Counted from the stretch's first letter, positions 28,255 to 43,102 are shown. The stretch is DNA of 64,000 bases from Camelus dromedarius (GCF_036321535.1 NC_087437.1:17858001-17922000), one strand, 5' to 3'. Notes: generated from the letters alone by a model not told the origin. Translations and numbers: made by a program.

Positions 28255-31200
28255 AAATAGCTCTTCCTGAAGAATGAATTGGGCCAACAGCAAAGCTTCA
28301 GTTTCCTCTCATCCTGTGACTAGGGCCACTCCTCATCCCAGAGTCTCCAAGACATGATATGTGCTCACCATCCAGGTAAATTTACACAAAATTGATTAAC
28401 ACTTCACTTCCATGTTATTGAACTTGATGTATGAGTTTTAAATCATACAGTTCATGGCACTTAGTCAACGAAATACTAAAATGCCTCCTTTTTTATAATG
28501 ATTTGGATGATGTTGCTGAAGTTCCCTAAATTATTGAGACTATAAACCAATTTATTAAATTTAGTGAAAAAGTTTCCATATTAAGTAAGATGACTCTTTT
28601 TCTATGCAAAACCTTCTCATGAAAGGTTAAATAACTTTCTCATTATTCTTTCAATGTCTAAGATAAATGGTCTTGGTTTGTCAGGTAGAAGTTATTTAAC
28701 TCAGCACTCTACCAAAATTAAAACCAGCATATGAAAAGAGGAAAAAAGAGATAGAGGAAAGGGGGGTTGAACAAAATAAATGGCACATTTATGTTTATTT
28801 GTATATGTTTAGATTCCCAACCAGACTGTAAGTGATCATAAAATTATTGGTTTCTTCACCCTCTTCATACTGTCCAACTCAGTTGCACAGTATGATGGCA
28901 TTAAACAATGAACTACTGGGGAGGCACAGCCCAGAACAGCAATATTGACCTTTGGAAAAAATTGTGAAGAGACAATGCTGTATCTTGAGCCCCTGCCTGC
29001 TGCTATTTCCTCCATTCTAACCTTTTCAATGTCCCTTCATCCTTATAAACATTTTAATGTTTTGAGGGTCCAGGATCCCTTCTCTCAAAGCGAGAAAAAA
29101 AATTATGGAATACTTACCACATCCAGGTACAGTGCAAGGCACTAGGTTTCTATAAAGAATAAGGAAGATTGATCTTGCTAGAAGAGATACACTGTACATG
29201 ATATATAAGATATATACGCGTGTTTAAAACACTATTGAAACATAGAGAAGTAAGTAGTTTATTGATATAATTGTGACAGGTTCATTTTTACTTAAACATT
29301 TAAAAAAAATATCTAAAAATGGTAGTAATTAAGCCAATGTTTGGGACCAGATTATAGAAGGTATTGAACTGTAGCTGAGGGAATAGAAGATTACATTGAG
29401 AGCAAAGGGAAGGCACTGAAGGTTTTGGCAGCAACAAATGAAAACCAAGCTTTCAGAAGAATAATCTGGAACTGATGTAAAGGAGAAACTATTTAATAAG
29501 GAAAAAAATCAAATGTAAAAACACCACTTAGGAAGCTACTGTTCTCAAAACTGGCATAAAAATAAATAGAAAATCTGAATAGACCTAATTCTATTAAAGA
29601 AATTAATTTTATAATAAAAAATTCATATACTCTTCTGCTTCTGAACATTACAGATTAATCACTACAGGACATGCCTTCTTGTAGTGAAAAACTGGGCAAA
29701 ACATATAAAAATTGTTTCAGACTTTGCACAACAGCTAGTACAGAACTCTGATTCCTGAAGAAAAGACACAACTTGAACCCCGTGATTGCTATGGAGGCAC
29801 TTTCTAGACTGTGGTGCAGGGATGAGGGACATAGCAGAGCATACTGATCACTCTGAGTTGGGAAAACAAATTTTGGAATTGGGAAAGGCGAAAGCAGTAG
29901 GAAAGTGTGAGGCAGAGTAATGGAGAGGAGGGGAAAACAAAAAGAAAGAACTCCAGAAATTACCATAGTGGGTCCGCTTGAATGTTGCTTACTACTAAGC
30001 TGTAATATACAAGATGAAACTCTCTGAGGCTGAGCTAAACACAGCCAGAGAGCTGTAAGCTCAACAATCGCCAGAGCACACTTAGGGCGGACAGCTGTTC
30101 AAGTTCTGACCGGCTAAAGTGAAGAGACTTTGTCGAACTCCCAGGGCATCAGAAAGATTACATATTATACGTAGCACTGAATTAGTCCTAGAGTGAAGGA
30201 ATATATCCCCAAAATACTTAGATAAACCTCAAAAAGATCAAGAATCACAAGTAAATCAACTGCGCACTAAGACAAAAATCACCCATTTTAAAGAAAGACA
30301 ACAAAGTCCAGACTTCAACAAAATACTACTACTAATGTCCAGCATCTAATAGATCTAATGGATTACTAGCTAGATATGTGAAGAAGTAGGAAAACACCAT
30401 CCAAAACAAGGAGAAAACAATCACTAAACAGACCTTGTATAATAGAGAAAAAGTCTTTGCTCCAGTTATTGTGAATATAAATATTATACATATTATCAAT
30501 GATTTAAAGGGGAGAAAGAACATAATGAGAAGAAAAAATGGAATAATAGCTGGTTAGACAATATAGAAGAAAAGATAATTGAGCCTGAAGACAGAAATAG
30601 AAACTATCCATACTGAAGCAAGGAGAAATAAGACAAGAATAATAATAAAATTAATGGGAATAGAGCCTCAGTGACCTGTGCAACAACATTAAGCAGTTTA
30701 ACATATATGTAATTGGAATCTCAAAAAAGGGAGGAGTCATGCAAACACTGAACATAAGAAAACTGGAATGGCTATATTAATATAATACAAAGTTCAAGAC
30801 AAGGAATTTTACCAGGGATTAAGAGGATCATTTCATAGTGACATTTCATTAAGAGACCATAACAACCCTAAATGTATATGGTTTAAAAACAAAGCTTTAA
30901 AATACAAGAAATACACAAAAACTGAAAGGAAAAATCCATAATTATAGTTGAAGTTTTCAACAACTTTTTATCAGTAATTGATAGAACAAATAATAAATCT
31001 GTAAGGATACAGAGGACTTGAATAACACCATCGACCAGTTGACCTACTTGCAATTTATAGAACACTCCATCCAACAATATTAGAATACACCTTCTTTTAA
31101 AGTGCCAATGGAAAATTCACCATGGTAGACATATCAGATCATAAAAAAGTCTCAAACATTTTAAAGGATTAAAATCAAACATAATAGGTTTTCTGATAAA

Positions 31201-31699
31201 AATTTAATTAAATTAGAAATTGTTAATAAAATATTATTTTATTATATTTTAGCTTTTTCTTCATTATACCAAGGTCTGTTTATTGATTGTTCTCTCCTTC
31301 TTTTGGATGATATTTTCCTACTTCTTCACACATCTAGTAATCTACTAGATCTATTAGATGCTGGACATTAGGAGTATTATTATGTTGAAGTCTGGAATAA
31401 TATTTCCCAAGTATTTGGAAAATAAATAACTTCTAATAATCCATGGGTCAAAGAAGAAATTACAAGAGTAATTGGAAGTAATTAGAATTGGATGGTAATA
31501 AAATACAAAGTAGCAAAATGTTCATGATGCATAGAAGGACTACTATGCTTTTAAATTGCTTACATTAAGATGGAAAGAGAGGTTTCTAATCAATAGTTTC
31601 AGTTCTGTATTAAGAAACTACAAGAAGAAGATCAATGTAAGGTAGTAGAAAGCAAGAAATAATAAAGATTAGAGCAGAAGTCAATAAGCTATAAAATGG

Positions 31700-32445
31700 C
31701 AATTATTCTGACTCTAACTGGTGTACTACAGTACAGTTCTGACACTAACCACTTGGAGGTAGTGTCAGACTCCATAGGTTTAAGAACCCAGTTCACAACA
31801 AGGCTGCCCTTACTTCGTATTTCAGCCACACTTTGGGGGTCCTCAGGCCACTCACACCTTCTACCAATTGACTATAGATCCAAGAAACTCTCATAATCTC
31901 CTTCAGATTTGATAATCCACTAGAATGACTCACAGAACTTCAGAAAGTCCTATGCTTACAATTACAGTTTTATCACAAATCAGGACCTGTCAAATGAAGA
32001 CACACAGGGCAAAGTCTGGGAAGGTCCTTAATGCAGACCTTCCATGCCCTCTCATTGTCATTCTGTGCATATCAGTGTGTTCACCAACCAGGAAGCTCCC
32101 TTGTTGTTTGGTGTCCAGAGTTTTCATGAGAATTTTATTATGAAAGCATAAATGATTGAATATTGACCATGTAATTTAACTCAATCTCCAGTTTCCCTTC
32201 CCTCTTTGGAGGTTGGACTGACTCAAAGCCCCAGTCTTCTCACATGGTTGGTTTCTAGGCATGGCTAGACCCTATCCTGAAGCTATCTAGGGGTCCACCA
32301 TGCATCATCTCATTAGTATAAAACAGGTATGATCAAGGGGCTCATGCATAACAAAGATACTCCTATTACTCAGGAAATCCCAAGAATTTAGAGACTCTCT
32401 CCCAGGAATCAGGGGCAAAGGCCAATTAATTCTTTATTATACATA
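31700..32445 (-). mobile_element. MER21-like LTR nested in L1
   Basis: ttctgacactaaccacttggaggtagtgtcagactcc..aacaaagatactcctattactcaggaaatcccaag..ttctttattatac. Confidence 0.8.
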
Positions 32446-33329
32446 GTAATACTAAATAACAGAGAAAAATCAATTTAATAAAAAACTGATTTTTTAAAAG
32501 GTTGATTAAAATTATCTTTAGTTAGAAAAAAGAAAAAGAGAAAACATAAATTATCAGTGTCAGAAATGGAAGATAGGACACTATGATACATTCTACAGTT
32601 ATTAAAGTCATAATAAAGGAGGAGCTTTGCTCACCTTCAATCTTGGGCTCAGAGAGAAACAGAGTCCTTCCCGCACTAGCTACTCCAGGGCTGGGATAAG
32701 ATAAGCTCTTGGAAGTAGTTCCTGCTCAGGGAGCTTTCTGATTAGAATGGATCCCATCTTTAGAGCCCAAGTCAAATACAAAGGATTTGAGGAAAGATAG
32801 CAACTGCCAGCAAGTTTTTGGCTTAAAATGGATCCATCCTCAAGAAAATGAGAGCAACAGGCAGGCCCAGTGAGGGGAAGGAAGAATTTGGACAAGGCTT
32901 TAAAATGAAATGAGGTGGAAGACTCTCTCCCTTTACTGCCACCTGTTGGAACTTCCCAGTGCCAGTGCTGAATTCCTTCTGGTGATCAGTGAGCCTGGGG
33001 TGACTGCTCTTAGAGCTGGTGACTACTCTGGCTGGAGAAAATTACCACTAAACTAACTCCCATGAAGATGTCATGCTGAATATGCTAACTCTTTTCTTAA
33101 GGGGATTTGAGCTTTAAAAGAAGACAATGAAGAGGGAAATGCTTTATCCAGACTGGTGATTCCCTGATACAATTTTCTCTACCTGTTTCCTCAAGGTTTT
33201 AACTGGTGTTCTGTAAAACTTTCGATTTTACAGTCAAGTGAATTTAAGAAACCTTGGACATTACAGCTCCTTGAAGATTTAAAACACACATCAGTATATT
33301 AAGGGCTCTGAAAAGTCTTGTGTTTTGCT

Positions 33330-33812
33330 TTTTTGATTAAAAAAATAGTTTTCTTGAAGTATGGTTTATATACAATAAAATTCACTCATTTTAAGAGTGC
33401 CATTCAATGAGTTGTGATGGATATATATACTTAGGTAACTAACCACAGAATCAAGATATAGGACACTTCCATCAGCGCAAAGTGTTCACTCATGATCCCT
33501 TGTAGTCAGCCTGCTTTCCTAATTCCCAAAGCTTGGCAACCACTGGTCTGTCTTCTAAAACTATGGTTTTGCCTTTTCTAGAAATTCACATATATAGAAT
33601 CATACGATAAGTATTCATTTGTTTCTCTAGTTTCTTTGCCTTAGCATAATGTTTTTTGAAGTGTATCAGAATTTACTCCTTTTTACTGCCAAGCAGTGGT
33701 CCATTGTATGGATGTATCACTGTTTGTAAATCCATCCACCAGTTGATAGACATTCGGGTTTTTTTACATTTTTAGGTAATTAAGAATAAAACTGCTATGG
33801 ATATTTGTGTAA
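33330..33812 (-). mobile_element. L1MB-type 3' end fragment
   Basis: ttgaagtatggtttatatacaataaaattcactcattttaag..ggcaaccactggtctg. Confidence 0.75.
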
Positions 33813-36800
33813 AAAAATTATGTGCCCATAAAGTGAATAACAAATTCTCATATTGATATAAGAAGAAGTAGAAAATCAAAATGGTGCTGTTTCTGTTAAA
33901 GAAATTGAACTCATAACTAAAAACACTTCACACAGAAAATTGCACTCTTAGATAGCTTTACTGGCAGGTTCTAAGTTATATACTTAAGCAAGAAATATTA
34001 GTAACCCTCCCACAAACACTTTCAGAAAATAAAGGAGTAAGGAACATTTCTAATACATTTTAGGAGGCCAAGATTACTCTGCAAGGCAAAAAGTTTTGCT
34101 CTCACTGTCATTATATAGGAGGCCCTAAGTAGTGTAATAAGACAAGAAAAAAATAGAAGCCCTGCAGGTTGGAAAGATAGTAAAACTTTCTTAATGTATG
34201 ACATGATTTTCATCTTAAGGAATCTATTTTTCAAAAAAGCTACTAGAATTAATAAGTGAATTTATCAAGGTCACAAGACATATGGTCAATATGTATTAAA
34301 AATCAATTATATTTTTATTTTTAAATAATTTAAAAAATTTTTTAAATTATGTTTTTATATTCTGTCAAAGAAAAGTTTGAAAATTTTAAAACACAATATT
34401 TATAATAGCAATAAAATATGAAATATTTAAGAATAAATTTAACAAAATATTTGTGATACCTGTATACTGAAAACTAAGATATATTTTCTGAGCAGAATAA
34501 AAGAAGAGTTAAATTAATGGAGAGATATAGCATACTCATGCATGAGATGATTCAAAATTGTTCAGATGGTATTTCTCTCCTGTGGGCTCTATAGCGTCAG
34601 TGCAATCTCAATCAAAATCCTAGCTCTTTTTCTTGTAGAAAATTACAAGCTGATCCTAAAATTGATATTGAAATAAAATGAATCTACAACATCCAAATCA
34701 AATTTGAAAGTGAAGAATAATGTTAAGAATTTAAATCGCCTGATTTCAAGACTTACTATAAAGCCAGAATAATGAAGAGACTGTGGGTTTGGCATAACGA
34801 TAGTCCTACAGATCAATAGAACAGAAAAGAGAGTCCAGAGTATATGTTCAATTGATTTTTGACAAAGTTGCCAAGGTAATTCAGTAGGGGAAAAAACAGT
34901 CTTTTGAACAAATGGTCTGAATCAATTGCACATCTATATGAAAAAAAAAAAAAAAACCTCAATCTTACCTCACACTATACACAACAATTAACTCAAAATA
35001 GATAGTAGGCTATATTATAAACATAATACTCCTGGAAGAAAACCCAGGATAAAATATTCATTGCCTTGGGGTAGGCAAAGATTTCTTACGTGGGGCAGGA
35101 AATGCTCGAACTATAAAAGAAAAATATTGATAAATTGGACTTTATCAAAATGTAAAAGTTCTGCCCTTTGAAAGACATCATTAAGAAAACAAAATGGCAA
35201 ACCATAGCTGGCTAGAGGCCAGCATTACTGAATATCAAAAGCTGATCAAATATTTCCACATCATATACCAGATTAAGGATCTGTATCCAGAATATGTAGA
35301 GAACTCTTATAATTTGAGAATAAAAAACAAATAACCCAGTAAAAAAGGGCAAAAGTGTTTTAAAAGACACTTCACAGAGGAAGATATATGAATGATCATT
35401 AAGCACATGAAAAAGGCTCAACCTCACTAGGCAGCAGGAAAACGCAAAGTAAAACCACAATGGAGCATCAGCACATACCCACCAGAATAGCGAAAATGAA
35501 AAGGACTGATAGCACCCAAAGCCGACAAGATTATAGAACAACCAGAGCTTTCACACGTTGTTGATGGGAGTTTAAAATGGTCCAATCATTTTGGGAAAAG
35601 GTCTGGCTGTTTTTTATAAAGTTAATAAACACCTACTTTAAGACCCAACATTTCCATTACTAGATTATGACACCTAAGATGAATGAACTGACATGTCTTC
35701 AAAAACACTTATACAAAAATACTTGTACAAAAATGTTCACAATAGCTTAACTCACAATAGTGGAAAACTGGAAGCAATCCAAATGCCCATCAATAGGAAA
35801 AGAAGACAAATTGTGGTACATTCATTCAGTGTAATACTTGCCAACAATTAAAAGGAATGGACTACAGACATACACAATATGAACAAATCTCACAGACATT
35901 ATGCTGAATGAACGATGCCAGACACACAAAAAAGTACACACTGAATACTTCTATTTGTGTAAAATTCTAGAACTAGCAAAGCTAATTTATAATGAAAAAC
36001 ATCAAAAATGTCTCTCTTTAGGGGCAGATTGACAGGGAAGAAGAGAGGGAAATTTAGATGGGGTGAATGTTCTATATTGTGGTAGAGAGTAAGTCATATG
36101 GCTCAAAATTAACTGATTTATACATTTAAGATTTATGTATTTAACTGTAAATTCTACTCCAACCTTGCTTCCCCCACCAACTCCCCACAAAACCCACTGG
36201 AAATGAATATTGAACTCTGGTTAGGAGACATGTTCTTCTCACAAGTGTTACCAATTCTGAAACTACCTTCTCTGTATTCCAGGCTTAAGCAAATTAGTAA
36301 ATGTATTGAGGATAATAGAATATAGAAAGAAAGGAAGACTAGGATGTACCGTGTGGTGCTGGCTTGGAATTAAATATATCAATAAAGTTTTAAAATATAT
36401 ATATAGATACAGTTATATGTAGTTCATGGATTTCCTAGCCCTCACCTCTGAGGGGTTCTAGAAGCTCCACACTTCAAAAGTAATGAACACACCTAGCACA
36501 CAGATCTTGGTTTCCAAATACTATTCTCCACTACAATAAATCAAATGTTCTTAGAGAAATAGTTAATTCCAACATTAGGACATGGAAAATATAAGATCAG
36601 CCTTGGAACATTTTATTGAATCTAGGAGTAATGCTCAAAAAACCACTGGGACATGTCGAAAGGATAAAGGAGCCACTTTGAAGGAGTTCCCACTGGCCAA
36701 ATCTGGGAAAATTTGAGTATGAAAAGAAATATTGGTAGCAACGTATTATCACTTACTGAATAAAATAAGAATCCATGAATCATAGTGATATAAATAAATT

Positions 36801-39009
36801 TACACATTAAAAAGAGAAATTAAAAAGAAATTTATAAAATCCTTTCTCAATAGAAGTCCAACTAATGATTATATAATGAATGGTGAATTAGGAAATCATT
36901 AATGGATGGTAAAAGTAATGGATGAAAGTTTGATGAGGATGAGATATTTGCATAATTTCCAACTACCTCCCTATAAATCACATATTATTTACAAGGGGGA
37001 AATGGTAATTTTAAGTAGCAAAACCTGGGAGACACAACCCAAACATTGTGTTTAAGGTTAACATTACCAATATTGGGACCAAGTGAAATTATGTATTGCC
37101 TAATATGGTGCACTGAGAAGGATTCGGCATCATGTCTGTGGGCTTCTTGACAAAAATGCACAACCTGAATCTGATCATGAGGAATATCAGACACATACAC
37201 ACTAAGAGATATTTTACAAAAATAACTGACTGTACTCTTCAAAAAAATGTCAGGAAAACAAAGGAAATCTGAGGAGCTGTTCTATATAAAAGGAATCTGA
37301 AGAGACATGACAAATACCTGGACCAGAAAAAAGAATCTCATAAGACATTTTTGGACAAGAAGGACATTTGGGGACAACTGATTAAATTGAATATAGGTTA
37401 TGAATTATATAACAGTGTTTCATCAGTGTGCAATTTCCTGATTTTAATAACTGTACTACAGTTATATTAAAGAATTTTCTTGTTTCTAGTAAATACACAA
37501 TGAAGTGTTTAGGTATAAAAGGGAAAAAAAACCACACTGATGATGAAGAATCATTATTTTGTTGTTATTATTATTGATAAAATACCCAAGGTGATTTCAG
37601 GGCAAAGTTATACCATGCTATTGCCTTTGAAGGATCCTGACATTTCAAACCTTCATTTAGGTTGAGATATGCGGGGTGTAAAGTTTACCATTAGTTTGTA
37701 CAAATTCTTGAGTATAATAACAGTAGTGTTTCAGATCAACCTGAGTTTACATTCTAATTTTTCTAAACATTGATCCTGGCCTAATTCAAAACAGTCTAAA
37801 CTAAGAGAATTAGCCTTGAAATCAACCAACAATGAGAGCTTAGCTGAGCTACAGAGGAAAGAAAGCTTTGTAATACGGAGGCATCCCCATATCTGGTCCC
37901 ATTTGGAATCAGGAGACAGAGGAAAGAGATGAATTATAATACACTCCCTTAATAGTCTCTGTGTACCCTCCACAAACACCATCCATGTCTACCCCCCCAT
38001 CCTCCTACTCAACACATGGGCTCCTCCTTGCCCCCACGCAACAGGCATTGTTCATATGTTTTTGTTTTTGATCTGAGCAGCTATTGAATATTACACGCTT
38101 TTTAAAGCCCACACACCCTGGCAAGAGTTAACAGGAATTCCAGATACTATCAAATATATTTAAACATGATGCTTGAGTGGTCTTTGCAGCTGGTAGGTTA
38201 TACATAAAATATGTTCAGCCAGTGATAGCGTCCTTATCTAAAGACAGAAGCTAGCAAAATTTCATCCTGTGTGCTCTGTCAGATTGTTCCCTTGGACAGA
38301 CGGCAGAAGACTCCCAATGACAAGTGTGAGATGCTATCTGAGTGTCATGGCAGTGGTTTCCTCATTGCCCTGCCCAGAGTTCCCCAGCTACTCTCTTCAT
38401 TTGAAGCGTGCAAATGAGTAGATGTGGATAGCAGAATGCCTGTGAGCAATAAACTCATGTAATTAGACTCTTGCTGAAAGGGGCAGTCTCTCTTTGAAAG
38501 AACCTTCATTAATGCTTGGTCTTTCTGCCTAGACGAGGGCTCACATCGTCTGATCATATTTTATATATTTTCCCAAGTGACAAAGGTAAATTGATGACAC
38601 AAATGACCAATTTTTAGAATGCTGCCCACTTTGTCCAGAATAAGGCCTTTGGTTCCCTGACTCATGGAACCAGCTAGGACCTCCCTAGGGAAATTCAAAT
38701 CCAACACCTTCCTCAGTACACTGACCGCTTTTATCTTATTGCAACCCCTTGCTGCCAAAAAGCACTGCTACTCAGGGCATATGCACTCACAATGCAGAAG
38801 TTCCTCCCTTAAGTCCCTACACTGCACCATTTTTATACCTACATGCACAGACTCCCTCTTGAATCCACAGGTCAAGGTTGTAGACCCCTTCAAAGTCATC
38901 CCTGTGTAAGCCTTCCCACTCACCCTCGCCATTGTCCCTCACTAGGTAGTAGTATTCCCTAATGCAGTTTTTGGCAGGTATTGTATACACACTTCAAAAA
39001 TTATACACA

Positions 39010-40440
39010 CACAGTGGTAAAATACATGTAACATAAAACTGACCATCTTAACCATTTCAAAATGTACTTTTCAGTAGTGTTAATTAAGCACATTCACATT
39101 CTTGCATAACTAATCTCCAGAACTCCTCCCACCTTGCAAAACTGAAACTCTATACCAGTACAGCAACAACTCCCCATCATCCCTGACCCAGCCTCCGGCA
39201 ATCACCATACTACTTTCTGTCTCTATGAATTTGACTACTCTAGGTACCTCATATAAGTAGAATGATACAGTATTTGTCTTTTTTTGACTGGCTTATTTCA
39301 CTTGGCATAATGTCCTCAAGGTTCATCTATGTTGTAGCCAGTGTCAAAATTTCCCATTTTCAAAGTATGAATCACATTCCATTGTATATATACCATATTT
39401 TCTTTATCCATTAATCCTTTGATGGACACTTGGGTTGTCTCCTTCTGCATAATGCTGCTATGAACAGGTGTACAAGTATCTTGCTCTCAATTTTCAGTTC
39501 TTTTGGGTATACACCTGTAAGTGGAATTGGATCATTTGGAAATGTTTTTTGAGCTAACGCCATGCTGTTTTCCATAGTGGCTACCCCCACTCTTCATTCC
39601 CATCAATTGTATATAAGGGTTCCAATTTCTTCACATCTTAACCAATACTCGTTATTTTCTTTTTAAAATTTTTTATTGTTTTTGCTTTTGATAGTAGCCA
39701 GGGCTACTGTAATAAAATGCCACGGACTGAGTGGCTTTAACAATAGAAATTTATTTTCTCTAAGTTCAGGAGAGTGGAAGTCAAGGTCAAGGTCCAAGCC
39801 GATTTAGTTTCTCTTGAGGCCTCTCTCCTTGGCTTACAGATGGGCACCTTCTCATTGTGTCTTCACATGACTTTTTCTCTGTATGTGCACGTCTCTGGTA
39901 TCTCTTCCTCTTCTTGCAAGGACACTAGTCCTATGAATTAGGCCCTCACCTTTATGAACTTACTTAACATTAATTGCCTTATTAAAGACCATATCTTCAA
40001 ACACAATCACATTCTAAGGTCCTAGCGGGTTAGGGCTTCAACATATGAACTTGGGGAGGAGAAGACAATTCAGTTTATAACCATAGTCATCCTAAAGGGT
40101 GTGAGGTAGTATCTCATTGTGGTTTTGATTTGCATTTCCCTAACAATTAGTAATGTTGATGCATCTTTTTATGTGTTTATTTGCCATTTGTATATCTACT
40201 TTGTCTTTTTTTGACCGGCTTATTTCACTTGGCATAATGTCTATTCATATTCATAAATGTCTATTCAAGTCCTTTGCCAATGTTTTAATCAGGTTGTTTG
40301 GTTTTTTTCTTTTTTTTGACGTTGAGTTAGAGGAATTTTTTTGTATATTCTGTATATTAACCATTTATTATATATGTAATTCCCAAATATTTTTCCCATT
40401 CCATGTGTTGCCTTTTCATTCTGTTGATTGTGTGCTTATA
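39010..40440 (-). mobile_element. L1MB-type 3' end interrupted by MLT1A
   Basis: acataaaactgaccatcttaaccatt..tttctgtctctatgaatttgactactctaggtacctcatataagt. Confidence 0.85.
39699..40082 (-). mobile_element. MLT1A-type MaLR solo LTR
   Basis: aacaatagaaatttattttctc..gaggcctctctccttggctt..gttagggcttcaacatatgaacttgggg. Confidence 0.85.
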
Positions 40441-41814
40441 TATTTTAAAAATTATTTCAGTTTGCAAGTTTTTGAGAGTCCTGAAGCCACTCTATAGCTG
40501 ATAATCATGTCAAATGCCAATGTAGACATTCAATAATTTGTCTTAAAATTCATGTCATTGGATAATACTGCAACCACTTGAGAAAAGTATCCAAAATCAT
40601 GAAGAGCTTTTAAACCTATTTTTCATATATTTTCCATTTTTAACCAGATTGACTACCTTTCTAGGGTGTTCAAATCTTACCATTTACTATCACCATGTAA
40701 GCATATGTTTCTCCAAATATATCTACGACCTTGAAGGCAATAAGACTTCTGCTAGTCCCCTGACTTCTTGATAAGCCTGAAAGAAGGCAGCTTTAGAAAT
40801 TATATTTATTCTAAGAAAAAGAAAAAATAGAGGATTACTCATGAAATTATTCCAGTCAACAATGTGTTTGGCTAATTTTAATGCTGATGGACTACAGCAA
40901 AAGGAAATAATACAGGGTTTGACCTCAAGAATGCTGGAGTAGGAAACTCAAAAAATCTGCCCCGTAAAAGCAATGAGAACACTGGCAAAAACTGTTGAAA
41001 TCAACTTTTTAGGAATTCTGAAAATTACTAAAGGCTTGCAACAATCAGAAGAATAATTAATTCGAGACTGAACGACTGAATCTCTGTAAGGACAGCAATC
41101 CTTACAGTGTTTTAACTACTCCCATGCCCCTCTCTCCAGTTCTGCAGTAGTTATGAAAACTAACAGTCTCACAAATACAGTAGCTGTGAGAACCTGAAGG
41201 CTACCAGCCCCTGGGGAAGGACACAAATTTGTTTGGAGCTCTCCAAAAGTCTCATCCCCAGAAAATTGTTACTATTGACTTATCTAGCAGCTTGTTGAAA
41301 ACTTCTGTTCTCAGGGCTTGTCTTTATTTTTCTTCAATCAGAACTCACACTGTGTGAACAGCCCTGCCCACAGGCATTTGTCAAAGTCAAACAGCTGCAA
41401 TTGTTTAACATCACAGCTGCCTCTGGCTATGACATGCATGTATAGGACTCTCCGCATGCATAGGGCTATGTGCAAGCTCAGGAAAAATCTGAGGTCCCAA
41501 ATTCTCACCTTTGGCTGACTTGAGGATCTGCACAAACTCTAACTCCCCTGAAGCATTGAAAGCATGTCCAACAGATACACAGAACCCCTTAGTAATGGCT
41601 AAGAGACTTATTGATTCAAAGTATTTAAAGAAATCTGTCTAATCATTACATGATAAGTAAGCAAACTGATGGCCATAAACAGAAAAGAACACAGACTTTC
41701 AGAATTGGTCTAGGCAAATCACTAAACAAACAACAACAATAATAATAAACAGTAACAACAATAAAACCTGGGTAGGAGTAAAGTCTGATTTTTTTGGAAT
41801 TGACATGTTGTATT

Positions 41815-41965
41815 AGCACAGGGAACTATATTCAATATCTTGTAGTAATCTATAATGAAAAAGAATATGAAAATGAATATATGTATGTATATGTATGACT
41901 AAAATATGCTGTACACCAAAAATTGACACAACATTGCAAACTGATTATACTTCAATAAAAAGTAT
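41815..41965 (+). mobile_element. Young L1 3' stub
   Basis: agcacagggaactatattcaatatcttgta..gacacaacattgcaaactgattatacttcaataaaa. Confidence 0.85.
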
Positions 41966-42938
41966 GCAAAAAATGTCCAGTTTTCCATAAAAGATGTACA
42001 GGACATGCAAAGAAACTGGAAACTATGGTCAATACACTGGGGGTAGAAATGGGGGTGCAAAAGTGATCAATAGAAATTATCTCTAAGGAAGACAAGAAAT
42101 TAAATTTTTTTATTAGACAAGGATTTTTAAATCAGCTAGCATAAATATGTTCAAAGACCTAAAGGAAATCGTGTGTAAAGAATTAAAAAATATACATGAT
42201 GTTTCACTAAATAGAGAATATCAATAAGAAGATAGAATTTATCTACGAAAAAGAACCAAATAGAAATTCTGGAGCTGAAAAGTACAGTAACTAAAATTTA
42301 AAAATTGATTAGAAGGGTGCAATAGCAGGCTTGAGCAAACAGAAGGAAAAAAGTAGTGAACTTGAAGACAGGTCAATTAAGAATATCCAGTCTGGGTAAC
42401 AACAAGAAAAAAGAATGAAATAAAATAAGCAGAGGCTCAGAGACCTCTGAGGCACCATAAAGCATGCCAACATATGCATAATGGGAATCTCAGAAGGACA
42501 GAAGAGAGAGAATAACATAAGAAATATTTGAAGAAGTAATGGCCTAAAGTGTCCCAAATATTAAAATTTGGAAAACATTAATCTGCACATTCAAAAAGCT
42601 CAACAAACTTCAAGTAGGATAAACTCAAAGAGATCCACACCTAGACACATCATTGTCAAATTGTCAAAAGCTAACGACAGAGAGAATCTTGAAAGCAGCA
42701 AGAGGAAAGTGACTCATCACATACAAGGGATTCACCATCAGATTAACAGCTGATTTCTCATCAGAAACACAGAGACCAGAAGGCAGTGGGGATGACATAC
42801 TCAAAGTGCTGAAAGAAAAAGATTGACAACCAAAATTCTAAATCCAGCAAAACTATTCTTCAACAATTAAGGAAAAATTAAGGTATTCCCAGAGAAACAA
42901 AATGGAGAAAATCCATCAGTAGTAGAAATTAACAAACT

Positions 42939-43102
42939 CAGAGAACTATAGTCAACATCTTGTAACAACATTTACTGAAAAAGAATATGAAAATGAATAT
43001 ATGTATGTATATGCATGACTGGGACATTGTGTTGTACACCAGAAATTGACACATTGTAACTGACTGTAGTTCAAACAAACAAAAAAAAGAAAAGAAAAGA
43101 AA
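42939..43102 (+). mobile_element. Young L1 3' stub with TSD
   Basis: L1 3' terminus plus A-rich tail; TSD agaaattRacaaact at 42924-42938 and 43103-43117. Confidence 0.9.

Larger units (their letters stand above)
29530..37530 (+). mobile_element. Long degraded L1 (L1MC/MD-type): 5' region, ORF1/ORF2 remnants and long 3' UTR, with nested insertions
   Basis: Collinear L1 motifs (gagcctcagtgacctgtg; ctggaatggctatattaata; tgatttcaagacttactataaagcc; L1MC/MD-type 3' UTR to about 37530). Confidence 0.8.
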
